In this document: piece after piece, positions 50,722-61,013 of the stretch
Position numbering within the stretch: position 1 is the first letter of the stretch
Layout: every line of letters starts with the position of its first letter
From: Candidatus Poribacteria bacterium
GTDB lineage: Bacteria; Poribacteria; WGA-4E; WGA-3G
DNA: 64,000 bases
Assembly: GCA_963665235.2 (NCBI GenBank)
Contig: CAXXLX010000001.1
Span: 1,760,001 to 1,824,000, forward strand
Reading direction: 5' to 3'
Notes under the pieces: model-generated
Told to the model about the DNA's origin: nothing
Databases searched by the model: none
Seen by the model: the letters and a program-made list of their open reading frames with translations, nothing else
Translations under genes and position numbers: made by a program

Positions 50722-52848
50722 CTAGTTTTGGTTTCCCTCAACATCTACTCGCCGCTTGCATAATTCACATTCCTGGCGGTGGTTACACTCGCAGCGCAAC
50801 GCCTGCTGCGCTTCCACCTGCGGCTTATTCACTAATATTTTGGGATAATGGGCGGAATTTGTCAGTGTTATTACCTGTCCAACTTCGGCATCCAAGATAT
50901 CTTCGCAGCCTGCAATCTCTGCGCGCGTCAGAAATAAGATAAGTTGTGAACTTTCGCGGATAGCGGTTTTGAGCACTGATCTCTTGACATAACCACTCAT
51001 CATTCCGAGCGGTGTGTCGATTATATTGGGTGCTTTGACTTCACTCACCTTTGTCAGTGCAAGAATAAAGGCAATAGTCAGCGCGCGGCGTGAAGCTCCA
51101 TTCAGGTCTCGGTCAGGGTTTAGAGACGTGTTATTGGGTCCGGAGACCAAAATATCAAACGCTTCGCTGATCTCCGCTTTCCGAATAATTGCCCCCTGTT
51201 CCGGATCGGCACCAATCATCTCCAAGAAGATAGCGTTCATCAATGTACCTACCTTAGCCAATTCCTCATCTGTAATTCGGTTGCAGGAATTCTGAAGTGC
51301 CTGTTCTACATCTCGCGCTACATATAGCCTAGCTAAAGTGAGATTACCTTTCCTTTGCTTAGCGATAAGGTTGTTACGCTCTGCGGTCAAAGACCTATGC
51401 TTTTTCTGTAGAACTTGAAGATCAACTTCACATTCTCTAAGGGTGTTATTGAAGCGAGTTTGCTGCTCAACACATTGCTGTTTATGCAAGCGGAGTTCTT
51501 GAATGTCAATATCCCCTATACCCTCAAGTTTAACTTCAAGTGCCTTGCGCCTTTTCTCTGCCTCTTCGCGTGGTCTTTCAAGTTCATCGCGGCGATTTGA
51601 GATTTCAGCGTACTCAGCAACCCAATCCTCATTAGCGTTCATCTTATTTGGATTTAGGTCCAACGAGCGGTAATAAAGATCCGTGAGCCTCCTTTGGAGT
51701 TCGTCTGCTTTTTGACTTTCCTCAATCAGATGCTGAATATGGTTTCTTCGCTGCTTTCCATTATTTGAAAGTTCATTAAGTGATTCGCCGCAGATACACG
51801 TACTACCCAGGAGACGCTCCTCGAGCACAGGAATCGTTGCACTAGGAAGTTTACCTTCGGCTCGCAACGCGTCTAACTTCTCAAAGCTTTTTGCTAAGAG
51901 CGGTGCAAGCAGATCTCGGGATAAGGAGAGGTTTCTAAACAATTGTGAATGTGCTTTTTCTATATCAGCTTCCAGCTCTGCAATCCGTTTTAGTTTTGAC
52001 GCTGTCTGCTTTAGTTCACGTTCAAGCTCTTCTCGGTTTCCCCTAAGTAATGCTGCTTCAATGTCTTTATCAATTTCGGGCAGCCTATGAGTTACCTTGT
52101 CGAGTTGTAATTTCGCGTCATCCCTTTTTTTCTCAAGGTCCAAGATTTTCTTATCTAGTTGTTCCAATTCTGTAGCGGTTTCCGCGAGTTCCGCTTTATC
52201 GGAATCCAAATTCTTTGCATCCTTGTTAAGCTCAGCAGCCGCTCCTTTCAAATGCTTAAGGGCGGCTTCAATCGCTTCAATTCCCAACAGTGATCGAATT
52301 GCTTTCCGAACCTGATTACGCTTGTCCGTTAGCGATTCCGCCTCAATAAAACTCAGTGCTCGGTCGCCATCAGTGAAAAACACTTCCCGTAACTCAAAAC
52401 GTAGTAGTTCATTCTGAATCCAAGCATCAGGTGGATCTATAGGTTCAGCACCAATATCTGTTATCTTAAACAACTTTACTTCTGATGTCGGGTTTGCACC
52501 ATTTAGTGTCTGCTCCCGTATAATACGGTATTGACTCACGGTTTCTCTTGAGTTTATATTCCGGCTCAATTGAGATGTCTTTTTCTCAAAGTCAACCTGT
52601 ACGGATATCGTAATTTTGCTTCCTTTTGACGTATCCCAATCGATCGGATGTAGGCGGTACTTCTTGCCCTTTTCCGGCAATACGGCGTTACCGTAGAAAG
52701 CCCATTGGAGTGCGTTTAAAATCGTGGTTTTCCCGGTGTCATTTTCCGCTCGAATAACCGTTAGTTTTTTCTCACTATCTGTTGAGAAATCTAATCTTAA
52801 GTCTCGGAGCAGCCGAAAATTTTTAAATTCCGCGCTGATGAGTTTCAT
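50722..52848 (-). CDS. SMC/DndD-like ABC ATPase with C-terminal CxC...CxxC
   Basis: NFR, AENDTGKT, FFTDGD, long coiled coil with central CICG, LNGAS signature, IIDTP, C-terminal CECNHRQECELC. Confidence 0.85.
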   Translation of the reverse strand: MKLISAEFKNFRLLRDLRLDFSTDSEKKLTVIRAENDTGKTTILNALQWAFYGNAVLPEKGKKYRLHPIDWDTSKGSKITISVQVDFEKKTSQLSRNINSRETVSQYRIIREQTLNGANPTSEVKLFKITDIGAEPIDPPDAWIQNELLRFELREVFFTDGDRALSFIEAESLTDKRNQVRKAIRSLLGIEAIEAALKHLKGAAAELNKDAKNLDSDKAELAETATELEQLDKKILDLEKKRDDAKLQLDKVTHRLPEIDKDIEAALLRGNREELERELKQTASKLKRIAELEADIEKAHSQLFRNLSLSRDLLAPLLAKSFEKLDALRAEGKLPSATIPVLEERLLGSTCICGESLNELSNNGKQRRNHIQHLIEESQKADELQRRLTDLYYRSLDLNPNKMNANEDWVAEYAEISNRRDELERPREEAEKRRKALEVKLEGIGDIDIQELRLHKQQCVEQQTRFNNTLRECEVDLQVLQKKHRSLTAERNNLIAKQRKGNLTLARLYVARDVEQALQNSCNRITDEELAKVGTLMNAIFLEMIGADPEQGAIIRKAEISEAFDILVSGPNNTSLNPDRDLNGASRRALTIAFILALTKVSEVKAPNIIDTPLGMMSGYVKRSVLKTAIRESSQLILFLTRAEIAGCEDILDAEVGQVITLTNSAHYPKILVNKPQVEAQQALRCECNHRQECELCKRRVDVEGNQN

Positions 52849-53089
52849 GAGATTTCTCCTTTTCTATTTCGGATATGTTCAGCTTCTCCATGAGAAAATC
52901 GCCTGCCTTGTAGCATATCTCGTTTACTTGTTTCTGAATATGTGTGCTTTGCACAAGATTTTTCTTCTCTGCCTGAAGGATTTCGACTATAACATCAACA
53001 AGTTTTTTCTCATATCCTTCATACCTCTCCTCAAGGAATTCACACTCCCTGAGAATAAGGTTTGCCATCTTTTGCGGGTTGAATGACAT
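52823..53089 (-). CDS. Small helical protein coupled between the helicase and the SMC ATPase
   Basis: Probable start MSFNPQK at 53089; overlaps the ATPase start. Confidence 0.7.
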   Translation of the reverse strand: MSFNPQKMANLILRECEFLEERYEGYEKKLVDVIVEILQAEKKNLVQSTHIQKQVNEICYKAGDFLMEKLNISEIEKEKSHETHQRGI

Positions 53090-53099
53090 AATTCCCCCT

Positions 53100-55217
53100 T
53101 TATCCATTGATTGCTTTAATCAACCGATCGATAGTGCTCAATGGCCCATCAGGTCTGGCATAATTCGTTGCAAGGCTAGCAAATGCTTGCACTCGCTTGA
53201 GTTCTGATCGAATCAAAGTCCGAGCCTTACTGTCAAGATTATCCAGGTCCGGCGGTAAAGCGATAAAGTCGTGAATTTCGCTGTGCGTTTTGTCAGTTTC
53301 ACGACATGTCCGGAGAAGCCTTCCACGACGCTGGACCCACTGTCGTTCTACTGTTGTGCTCGCTAGGATGAACGCCCTTTCAATCTGTGGTATGTTGACT
53401 CCTTCATCAAGCACACGTTTTGCAGTCAGAATTCCCAATGTTCCATCTTGAAAGGATTGGATAATCTGCGTCGTTTTTTTATGTTTACTTGTTTCATCAC
53501 AAGTGAGTTGATGGAAAAGCACCCCGCTGTCTTTCAGTAAAGCGTTGACCGCTTCAAGTTGCTGCGGTGCCTTGTCAGAGGCATAAATCAACGTGTATCG
53601 GAGGTTCCGCAAACCTTCATGGTTCAAAACCTCTTTTAGCGCGTCAATTTTATTTTTCGCGTTCTCCAGAATCGCGCGCCGGGCTACGAGTAGCTTGGTC
53701 AGATACTCATCAGGGTCATCGTCCTTCTGTTGCCAGGCATTTTTCTGGATTTTCTCTGTGATAGCATACCATTTCTCCATCTCGCTCTCCGTGAGTTCCA
53801 CAGAGTGGACATAGTACTCGTATTCAACGAGGCATCGCCCGATGGCCTCCTCAAGCGTGAATTGAAAAACGATAGGCCCGAAAAACGCAAATAACTGCTC
53901 CGTTCCCAGCTCATCATACTGACGAATAGGCGTTGCTGACAACCCCAACCTATAATCGAAAAAAGAGGGCGGTTCCGTTATGAATCCCTCGCTGCCGAGG
54001 TTGTGTACTTCGTCTGCAATGAGCAAGGTATTACAGCTAAACTTTTCAAGTTCGGTTTTAAACTCACTCTTGCAAAGCGTCTTGTGAGACACCACGACAA
54101 TCTCAACGTCGCTTACTTCTGCTTGGAATCGGTGTTTAATGCGCTTGAGTTCATGTGCCCATCCACTTGCACCGCCTGCTTTAGTAAGGTTGACCGCGGT
54201 GAGTCCAAAAGGTTCAATTTCATCACACCACTGTTGAATGAGTGGAATATACGGTGCCGCCACAACGATAAGAAGCGGTTTGTGCGTTTTGTAGAGTCTG
54301 TGTGCACATATCATAGCGGCAATTGTCTTGCCAGATCCAGTTGCCATTTCCAAAACACCTTGATATCCAGCCTCACACCACGCACTGACCGCTCTACCTT
54401 GATGTTCAAACGGCCCCTCCTCAAATTGAAGTTCCGAAGGTATAGCAAATTCTGGACGTGATACTCTGAAATTGTTAGTTGCCTCGCCTATTTGCATCGT
54501 CCCTACCGCTTTTTTGTAGAGTTTACCGAGTTCATCCTCTGTTGGCGGCGTATCTGAACGGTAATTTTTCAATAGATTTTCCTCAATGGCTTTAGGCATC
54601 GGAATGACAATGCAATTCTCATCCTGATTTGCCCAGAGCTGTTTGAACTCTTCACAAAATTTTTCCGTAATATAGTGCTGGTTGGCATCTTCCCACGATT
54701 TAGAAATGGAAATCTGCTCAATATTTTTCTGAACCCCAGCGTACGTCATATTACTGGAACCATGCGCTGCTATCACGTCATCCCCTTCGCGAAAGAGCCA
54801 GACTTTTGGATGGAACAAGGCATCTTGCATCAACGCAATTTTGATTTCAATGCGTCCGTTGTGCAATAACCACGTAAGACATTTCAAGGTATGTTGCGCG
54901 ACAGCGGATTCTGTGACAACAAAACCCTCTAAAGCGGTACTAGCGATATCTTCTGGCGCAGCTACGCCTTCCACGATTGCCTCCCTATCTTCCGTTCGGA
55001 GTAGTGGACTAATAATCAAGCGTAAACTTCCGTTTGAGCAGTTTACGAAGGTTGCTAAGCCTGGGGCGAGCGACACAAGGATTTCGCTTGAAAAGAAACC
55101 CATCATGCAATTAATTTGAGTGGCAGCGCGGAAGCACGGAATAAGTACGTCCTCTACCACCGGCTCTCTTGGGAGCATATAGAGTGGTCGAATATCAGGC
55201 ATTGCCCGGAGCATCAT
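53100..55217 (-). CDS. PLD-like nuclease plus SF2 (DEAD/DEAH) helicase, Dnd-associated restriction-enzyme type
   Basis: FHPKVWLF...GSSN (HxK), MATGSGKT, DEVH, SAT, LDEGVNIP, QRRGRLLR. Confidence 0.85.
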   Translation of the reverse strand: MMLRAMPDIRPLYMLPREPVVEDVLIPCFRAATQINCMMGFFSSEILVSLAPGLATFVNCSNGSLRLIISPLLRTEDREAIVEGVAAPEDIASTALEGFVVTESAVAQHTLKCLTWLLHNGRIEIKIALMQDALFHPKVWLFREGDDVIAAHGSSNMTYAGVQKNIEQISISKSWEDANQHYITEKFCEEFKQLWANQDENCIVIPMPKAIEENLLKNYRSDTPPTEDELGKLYKKAVGTMQIGEATNNFRVSRPEFAIPSELQFEEGPFEHQGRAVSAWCEAGYQGVLEMATGSGKTIAAMICAHRLYKTHKPLLIVVAAPYIPLIQQWCDEIEPFGLTAVNLTKAGGASGWAHELKRIKHRFQAEVSDVEIVVVSHKTLCKSEFKTELEKFSCNTLLIADEVHNLGSEGFITEPPSFFDYRLGLSATPIRQYDELGTEQLFAFFGPIVFQFTLEEAIGRCLVEYEYYVHSVELTESEMEKWYAITEKIQKNAWQQKDDDPDEYLTKLLVARRAILENAKNKIDALKEVLNHEGLRNLRYTLIYASDKAPQQLEAVNALLKDSGVLFHQLTCDETSKHKKTTQIIQSFQDGTLGILTAKRVLDEGVNIPQIERAFILASTTVERQWVQRRGRLLRTCRETDKTHSEIHDFIALPPDLDNLDSKARTLIRSELKRVQAFASLATNYARPDGPLSTIDRLIKAING

Positions 55218-55250
55218 CCCATTATCTTTCTCCTTTCAAATACGCTCAAG

Positions 55251-56087
55251 CTATTTATGGCAAATCAGGCACGGTTCCTCGTCGTCCTCGTCGTCGTGGA
55301 CATCGGTGAGGATTTCTATGAGTCGACGATTCGGTTTCGCCGTTTTCTTAGATGCTATCGCCTTTTCAGCGTTTGCCTTAATCTGCGCTATTCGTTCGGG
55401 TTGCGACAACTCTTCTAAACTTTCACCTTGACACCATGTAAACCTTTCGCCTGTTTCCGGATTAAATTTCTCGTAATCCTTGGCGAGTTCGAAAAGGTCG
55501 GGATGCTGCTCTAAAAGCCCTACCCACTCAGATTTGCGTTGGAAGAAGCAGAAATAACATCCGGAACGCGTCCGCCACTGGTAATAATCGGGCAAGCCAA
55601 GGCCACTTTCCTCCAGAATTCGGTAGACATCCTCTTTAGTAATGCCATCCTCTTTGAAGGGATATTTCGGTTCAATATTACCCAGGCCGGAGGTCGTTGG
55701 AGGCTTATAGCCGATTCGGTCTTCGTCGGCGCGGATAGCGATGTAGTGATACGCTTTGTCATCGCCGACGTATTCCTCAAAAGGTCTTATTTTGAGGTTA
55801 ACAGTGCACCAACGGACTTGCGGCGATGGCAGCAGACCTCCCAAAAGCGTCAACCAGTGATCGAAATCTCGGTTTTTGTGGGAATCGGTATCCATGTTGA
55901 GGCGTTCAATCTTTTTGCCGAGAAATGCCTCTAACCGGTCGAGAAATTCGTAGGTCTCCGGCAATTCCTTACCGGTATCAGAAAAGAAGTATTCCATCTG
56001 TGGTACTCTGTCTCGCATGTAAACTGCAAGTGCGGAGCTATCTTTTCCGCCGGAAAGCCCAAGGAGATGCCGTATTTTTTGTGCCAT
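55251..56087 (-). CDS. sspD: PAPS-reductase-family protein, SspD-like
   Basis: SGGKDS PP-loop, RWCT, IRADE, RSGCYFC, acidic tail ending CLICHK; follows the DUF4007 and ATPase genes. Confidence 0.78.
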   Translation of the reverse strand: MAQKIRHLLGLSGGKDSSALAVYMRDRVPQMEYFFSDTGKELPETYEFLDRLEAFLGKKIERLNMDTDSHKNRDFDHWLTLLGGLLPSPQVRWCTVNLKIRPFEEYVGDDKAYHYIAIRADEDRIGYKPPTTSGLGNIEPKYPFKEDGITKEDVYRILEESGLGLPDYYQWRTRSGCYFCFFQRKSEWVGLLEQHPDLFELAKDYEKFNPETGERFTWCQGESLEELSQPERIAQIKANAEKAIASKKTAKPNRRLIEILTDVHDDEDDEEPCLICHK

Positions 56088-56098
56088 GTTTTCTGCTC

Positions 56099-59000
56099 CT
56101 ATTTTTCAAGTTCCTGCATCCATTTTTGTGAAATTCGCGCCAAAATAGCGATGTGAAGTTCAGGATTATCGGCGACGTTATGAGTATCAAAAATCTTCCT
56201 GATTTCAGTCGCTATCTGCGTAGCCTGTTCATCAGCGGTTGATGGTAAGGTTACAACGCGTTCCTGCTCAGACTGGTTTGGTGCGGTGATACCTACGCGA
56301 ATAGGTTCACCCGCTGCCAATTCAGGATGTTTCCGTTTTTCGTAAGAGACCGCTTCAAAATGCCTAAATTTTCTGGCAAGTTGAGAGAGATTGCTTTCGA
56401 ATCGTGCTTTATCCAAGTCTACCCACGACAGAGGTGGTTTTTTAGCGAGATAGGTTGCAATCGCCTCAAGCCAGCTACTAAAATCGTGCCCACCGCTGCA
56501 AACTTGGACTAAAAATCCTTTGAGCTCGGTTTCAACTGCTATTGTTAACAGTGGTTCAGCCCTATCGGCTAATTCAGCACGGAGTTTTTCCCTTGATGGT
56601 GTTAAAGTGAAGGCTTCCACCAGCATCCGCTCTATGGAATTCAGCAAGACCTCGTAAGCCTGTTCTAATTCGGACAAGGCATCTTGTAACGTGTCGAAAA
56701 ATTCTGAAATTAGTTTTGGATTTAATGTCTGCGCGCCAAAAGCAGAAAATCCGAATGCTTCCGGGAGTTGTTTAAAGAGGAGTTCGTCGGGTTCACGTGC
56801 GCTCAGAACAGTTTTACGGAGATTTTTCGCATTATCACTCAATTCTTGTGTTGACAGAGTGTACTTCGGAAGTTGAGCAATAGCGCGTATGAGCGGGGTG
56901 ACGACAGTCAACAAATCTGGGTTTTCGGTTTCCACCGGTTGGTTGAGCATCTGTAGAAGTTGCGCCAACAGATCAGCACGGATACCTGACATCCGAAATC
57001 GCTTCAGTTCAAATTGTTGTGGTGCCTTAAGCAGCCGTTCAAAGACAGGCATTGACCACTCCGCTACGAAGGAGCCGTTTTCATAGAGGGCAATTTCTGT
57101 TTTGTAGTGGAGTATCACCGCACATAAGAGAATAGGCAGGGGACCACGCCGCACACCGTAAGGGGGTGCCATCAGGTGTTCATAGAGTTCCGAAATGGGC
57201 TGTCGTTCACCTTCACATTTTTCAAGAAAAACCTCAATTGCTTTCCACGTCGGTGCCATTCTGTTTGCGTCAGCGGTTTCCGGCGGGTGAAATCCACGGT
57301 ACCTTGAAACCTCACGATGTATTCCGGTATTCCGTAAGAGAGAGCGGTAGATGCTCATTTCGGCAGGATACCCAGTAATACCGAGGTTTTTCCTATCTCC
57401 ATTTTCAAGCATTCGTTGAATTAATTTCTTTCGAGCGGTCGTTGCAGCCCCGGAGATTTTACGCCGATTAATCAGTTCGTTTTGAATGCAAGGGGTTTTG
57501 TGATAAACTGCATCACAGATATTTGACAGGTATGCGTTTCTTGTCCCTTGAGAGTCAATAGTCCCTACAGATTGTCCTTTATGATACCATATACAAGTGT
57601 CTTTCTTAGTCCCACCAAAAATTGCTGTTAATCTATGAGATATTTCTTGTTCCGCTTGACGCTGCTGGACTGAAAGTTCATCTCTTGCCACTGGGTCGCC
57701 TTCTAATTCCGGGGTGTTTTCGGAAACCCAACGTAGACTGGCGAGTTGCGTAACAGTCTCTTGTAGTGTGCCAATAGCGCGTGGAATTGCAATCAATACC
57801 TCTTTGCGTTCTGCGAGTTTGGAACTGCTCGCCTTTTCGGTGAGCTGCTTGACTTCATGTTCGTTTGCGGGCAATGCATAAAGCACAAGGCCATCTGCAT
57901 CCTCAGGGGGCTCCTCTAAATCGGCATCAAAATTTTCGAGCTCGGTATACCGGACGACAAAGTATCGCAAAGTACCCGTCTCAAATAGGTGTCTTCGTGC
58001 AACGAGCGGGCGCGTCGGCAAATAACGTGCCAGCTCGGCGGCGAGAGCACCTTGCATGTCAATATGCCTTTCCGCTTCGCGGAGTTTTGCCTCAATGTCA
58101 ATATCGCTCCCTTCCCAAAGCGCGTAAGCCTTATTGTAGCGGCGATAGATGACAATTGAACGTTTTCTTAGCATAGTGAGTGCTTCCTCAAATTCACTGA
58201 TAAACCCCTCTGTCCTAACATCTAAGGCGGAACGGAGGAGTTGCCCTGAGGCTTTCAGATTCGGCAGGACTTCACCAACAATATTAAGGACACCAATCGT
58301 CTTAATCAATTGAATCGGCACAGGAGAGGGGTCTGGTAGTCGGTCTAATGCTGATTCAATTTCTGCCCATTTCTTGCCGTTGCGTGAGGCGTACAACCGA
58401 TGTTCCATGTTAGTCTTAAGATAGTCGTAAAGGTTGGCGATTGAAAACAGCGGCGAAAAGGTTCCATTGCAATTTTGGGTAGAGAGGAAGTCTTGTAGGC
58501 CATAAGGTTCACTTGAGCTGAGAAAAGCGAAGAGCGAACGTTCGTTTTGCGCGAATCGTCGGAAAATTGGATTTATAACAAGGGCGACTATTGGGTGCAG
58601 GGGCAGACAATTTTTCAGAAGTTCGCCAAACTCGTCCTCGGTAAGTTGGCTCGGTTTAAGGTCGAATTCAATAGGCAAGGATAAATTTTCTTCCTTATCC
58701 TCTGAAGTCCTTTCGATAGCAGAACCGATGAGGCGAAGAATCTGTTCTGTGGGTTCTATAAAAGCTATATCTTCAAACCGTCCCTGTACCTTTGCCCACT
58801 CCTCCTGTTGTGATTTTGCTAATTTGTTAGCGTATTGTTCAAAGGCTTGGTGCAGAATCGTCAGAAAAAGGAGAGGTGTCTGCTTACTTCGCGTAGCCAA
58901 TTCAGCAAGGGTTTGTAGCACGAACACATCGCCTTGTGCAGGCTCTTGTGCGGCGTACTCAAGGAACTTTCCAAGTTCATCAATTACCAATAACAAACCG

Positions 59001-59590
59001 TGTCCACCCTTTTTCTTGATAGCACGCGTTGCTGATTCAAAAAGATATGTAATTTCAGACGCTTGCAGCGGCGTATCCGTTCACATCGATTTTTCAAGAG
59101 TTTCCCTGATTTTTCGCTGAAGTGAACTATTAGAAGGGACTCCGAAAGTCCTGAGTCCATTCTCCAAACCGCGCAGTAGGGCAGTCGAGAGTGGGGCACG
59201 TTCACCAGAGATAAGCACAGGACAGAAATCTGATAGCGGTTGTCCATTCCCATTTGTACTTGTGAATCTTTCGTATAACGAAACGTCGCCGCCCTTCAAC
59301 AAATTTAGAGCTTGTTGGGTTGTCGAAGTGCTGGGATCTCCGAGCAGCTTCGCGGCAAAAAGCGCGAATGCCGATTTTCCTGAGCCATAGGGCCCCGTAA
59401 TCGACCACGCCCTTGATGTCGCTCCATTTTCAAGCGTTGAAATGACACGCGATAACATCTCCCGAGCTGTAACGGTCAGGACGTACCCATCTAAGACGTT
59501 CCTTGTATCATAGAAATCGCGTTCCAGATGAACCGAGCGGTGGAAACGTCCTTTAACCTGATAGAGATGTGACAAAGGAATATTATCCAT
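56099..59590 (-). pseudogene. sspC: SspC-like large ATPase (1163 codons) with one in-frame TGA
   Basis: Walker A GPYGSGKS in 59081-59590 and Walker B LLVIDE in 56099-58996 share a frame; TGA at 59081-59083 (LEKSM*TDTPLQASE). Confidence 0.75.
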
Positions 59591-60509
59591 AATACCTTTC
59601 TAAAAGTTCCGTTGAGTCTAAATCTTTGTGTCTATAAACCTGTTTTAAACCAGCCGTTTCATCGTATTGCAACGCACCTTCGGTGAGTTCGTTGAGGGAT
59701 TCAAGGTAAGTAGTCATTGTGTCCTCGTCTAATCTAAAAATTCGGCCCGGACTTAATGGTGCGTACATCAGTTCTGAAAACGGTAATTCATTTCTTTTAT
59801 GGAAACTTGCATCCCAAAAGGCGACAAGTGTCGAGGCAAACATTTCAACCGGCAGCGTCTCTTTTTCGCCGCGTTGGAACTCATATCCGTTGTTTTCTGG
59901 CAATTCTGTGATTAAATTGAGTTCAACAAGTGGACAGTCAAAACTCTCCTCAACGATTGTAGTGGTGTGACGTGACTGACAATAGGTTCGGATAAAACAA
60001 CGGATATCCCGTTGAAGTGTATTTTCAGAGACAGGACGCATAGCTGGTTTCTGTTGTCGTGCCCATTCGGACAATTGTTTTTTAAATATGTCAGGTGTGA
60101 ATTGATTTTCTCTGAAAACGTTAAATGCCCAATACCACAAGGTTGCATGATTCATATTAGTCGCAATCTTCCAGTGAATCAACCATAACGTGGCGGGGTC
60201 GTCAAGGTACGGGTCAAATCCGTTGTCGTCGTTAAAAATGTCTCTGCCGAGCGGCGTGAAAACGAATCGCCCACGTTCACGGCCGTCCGCTTTGATCAGC
60301 CCAGCAACACTACACCAGTGCCGGATGGAGGCCACCATATTTTTCCCCACACCTAAAGTAACGGAGACGTTCTCTGCCGAAAAGACAGTCGGATCTTCTC
60401 TGACAGCATCGACCCCCTTCTTCAGCCATGTGTACCGAAACGGAAAAGTTTGGTGGCCGGAGAAGGATAGATTAATTATCTGTGGTGAAGTGCTATACAC
60501 AGTGTTCAA
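59583..60509 (-). CDS. sspB: DUF4007 family protein, SspB-like
   Basis: FSGHQTF..RYTWLKK, LGVGKNMV.SIRHW, DPYL...TLWLIHW, PLVELNLI. Confidence 0.82.
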   Translation of the reverse strand: MNTVYSTSPQIINLSFSGHQTFPFRYTWLKKGVDAVREDPTVFSAENVSVTLGVGKNMVASIRHWCSVAGLIKADGRERGRFVFTPLGRDIFNDDNGFDPYLDDPATLWLIHWKIATNMNHATLWYWAFNVFRENQFTPDIFKKQLSEWARQQKPAMRPVSENTLQRDIRCFIRTYCQSRHTTTIVEESFDCPLVELNLITELPENNGYEFQRGEKETLPVEMFASTLVAFWDASFHKRNELPFSELMYAPLSPGRIFRLDEDTMTTYLESLNELTEGALQYDETAGLKQVYRHKDLDSTELLERYYG

Positions 60510-60923
60510 ATCTTACCTCCCAGAAATGGACCGGCCCCCGATGCAAAAAACAACGTAGGCGAAAAAGGGGAGTTTAGATCGAAGGGGTGAATAGTCGGTA
60601 ACGAAAAGTGCCCGCGGCGAGAACCATTGGGCAAAATAGTCCTCGCGCAGGCACAATGATAGTGCAAAATGCCGAGAAAATTTATTTGGTTTTTACTTAA
60701 CAGATGTGGGGTAGAAGGGGGGGGTAAAACGCAATTTCAGTGCCGCAATCCCTGTTGGAGCTTAGCACAGCAAGCGAGCGACACGGACCAATTCCGCCAA
60801 AATGGCAAGCATCCGGGGTGTTTATTCTCTCAATTGGGGTGTTAGCATGTCCATATATCATTAGCGTTCCCTGTGTGTTGCAAAAAGGAGCTGTGTATCG
60901 CGGCGATGTAGTATTATTTTTTA

Positions 60924-60952
60924 ATTATACTACATTTTGACGCGTTTGTCAA
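60924..60952 (-). promoter_or_regulatory. Consensus sigma70 promoter upstream of the ssp-like operon
   Basis: TTGACA-N17-TATAAT; homologous to 62160-62195. Confidence 0.75.
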
Positions 60953-61013
60953 GTTAAAATTCGTTAGTTCTGCATAGATGTCATGAAAAAATAACGTTAA
61001 GCACCCCGTCATA

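Noticed and set aside
55251-56087. Sulfate-assimilation cysH or BREX type 4
   Set aside because: No cys genes, pglZ or brxL nearby; the DUF4007-ATPase-PAPS reductase order fits sspBCD.
59000-59100. Programmed frameshift in sspC
   Set aside because: Both ORFs are in the same frame; the lesion is a stop codon, not a shift.
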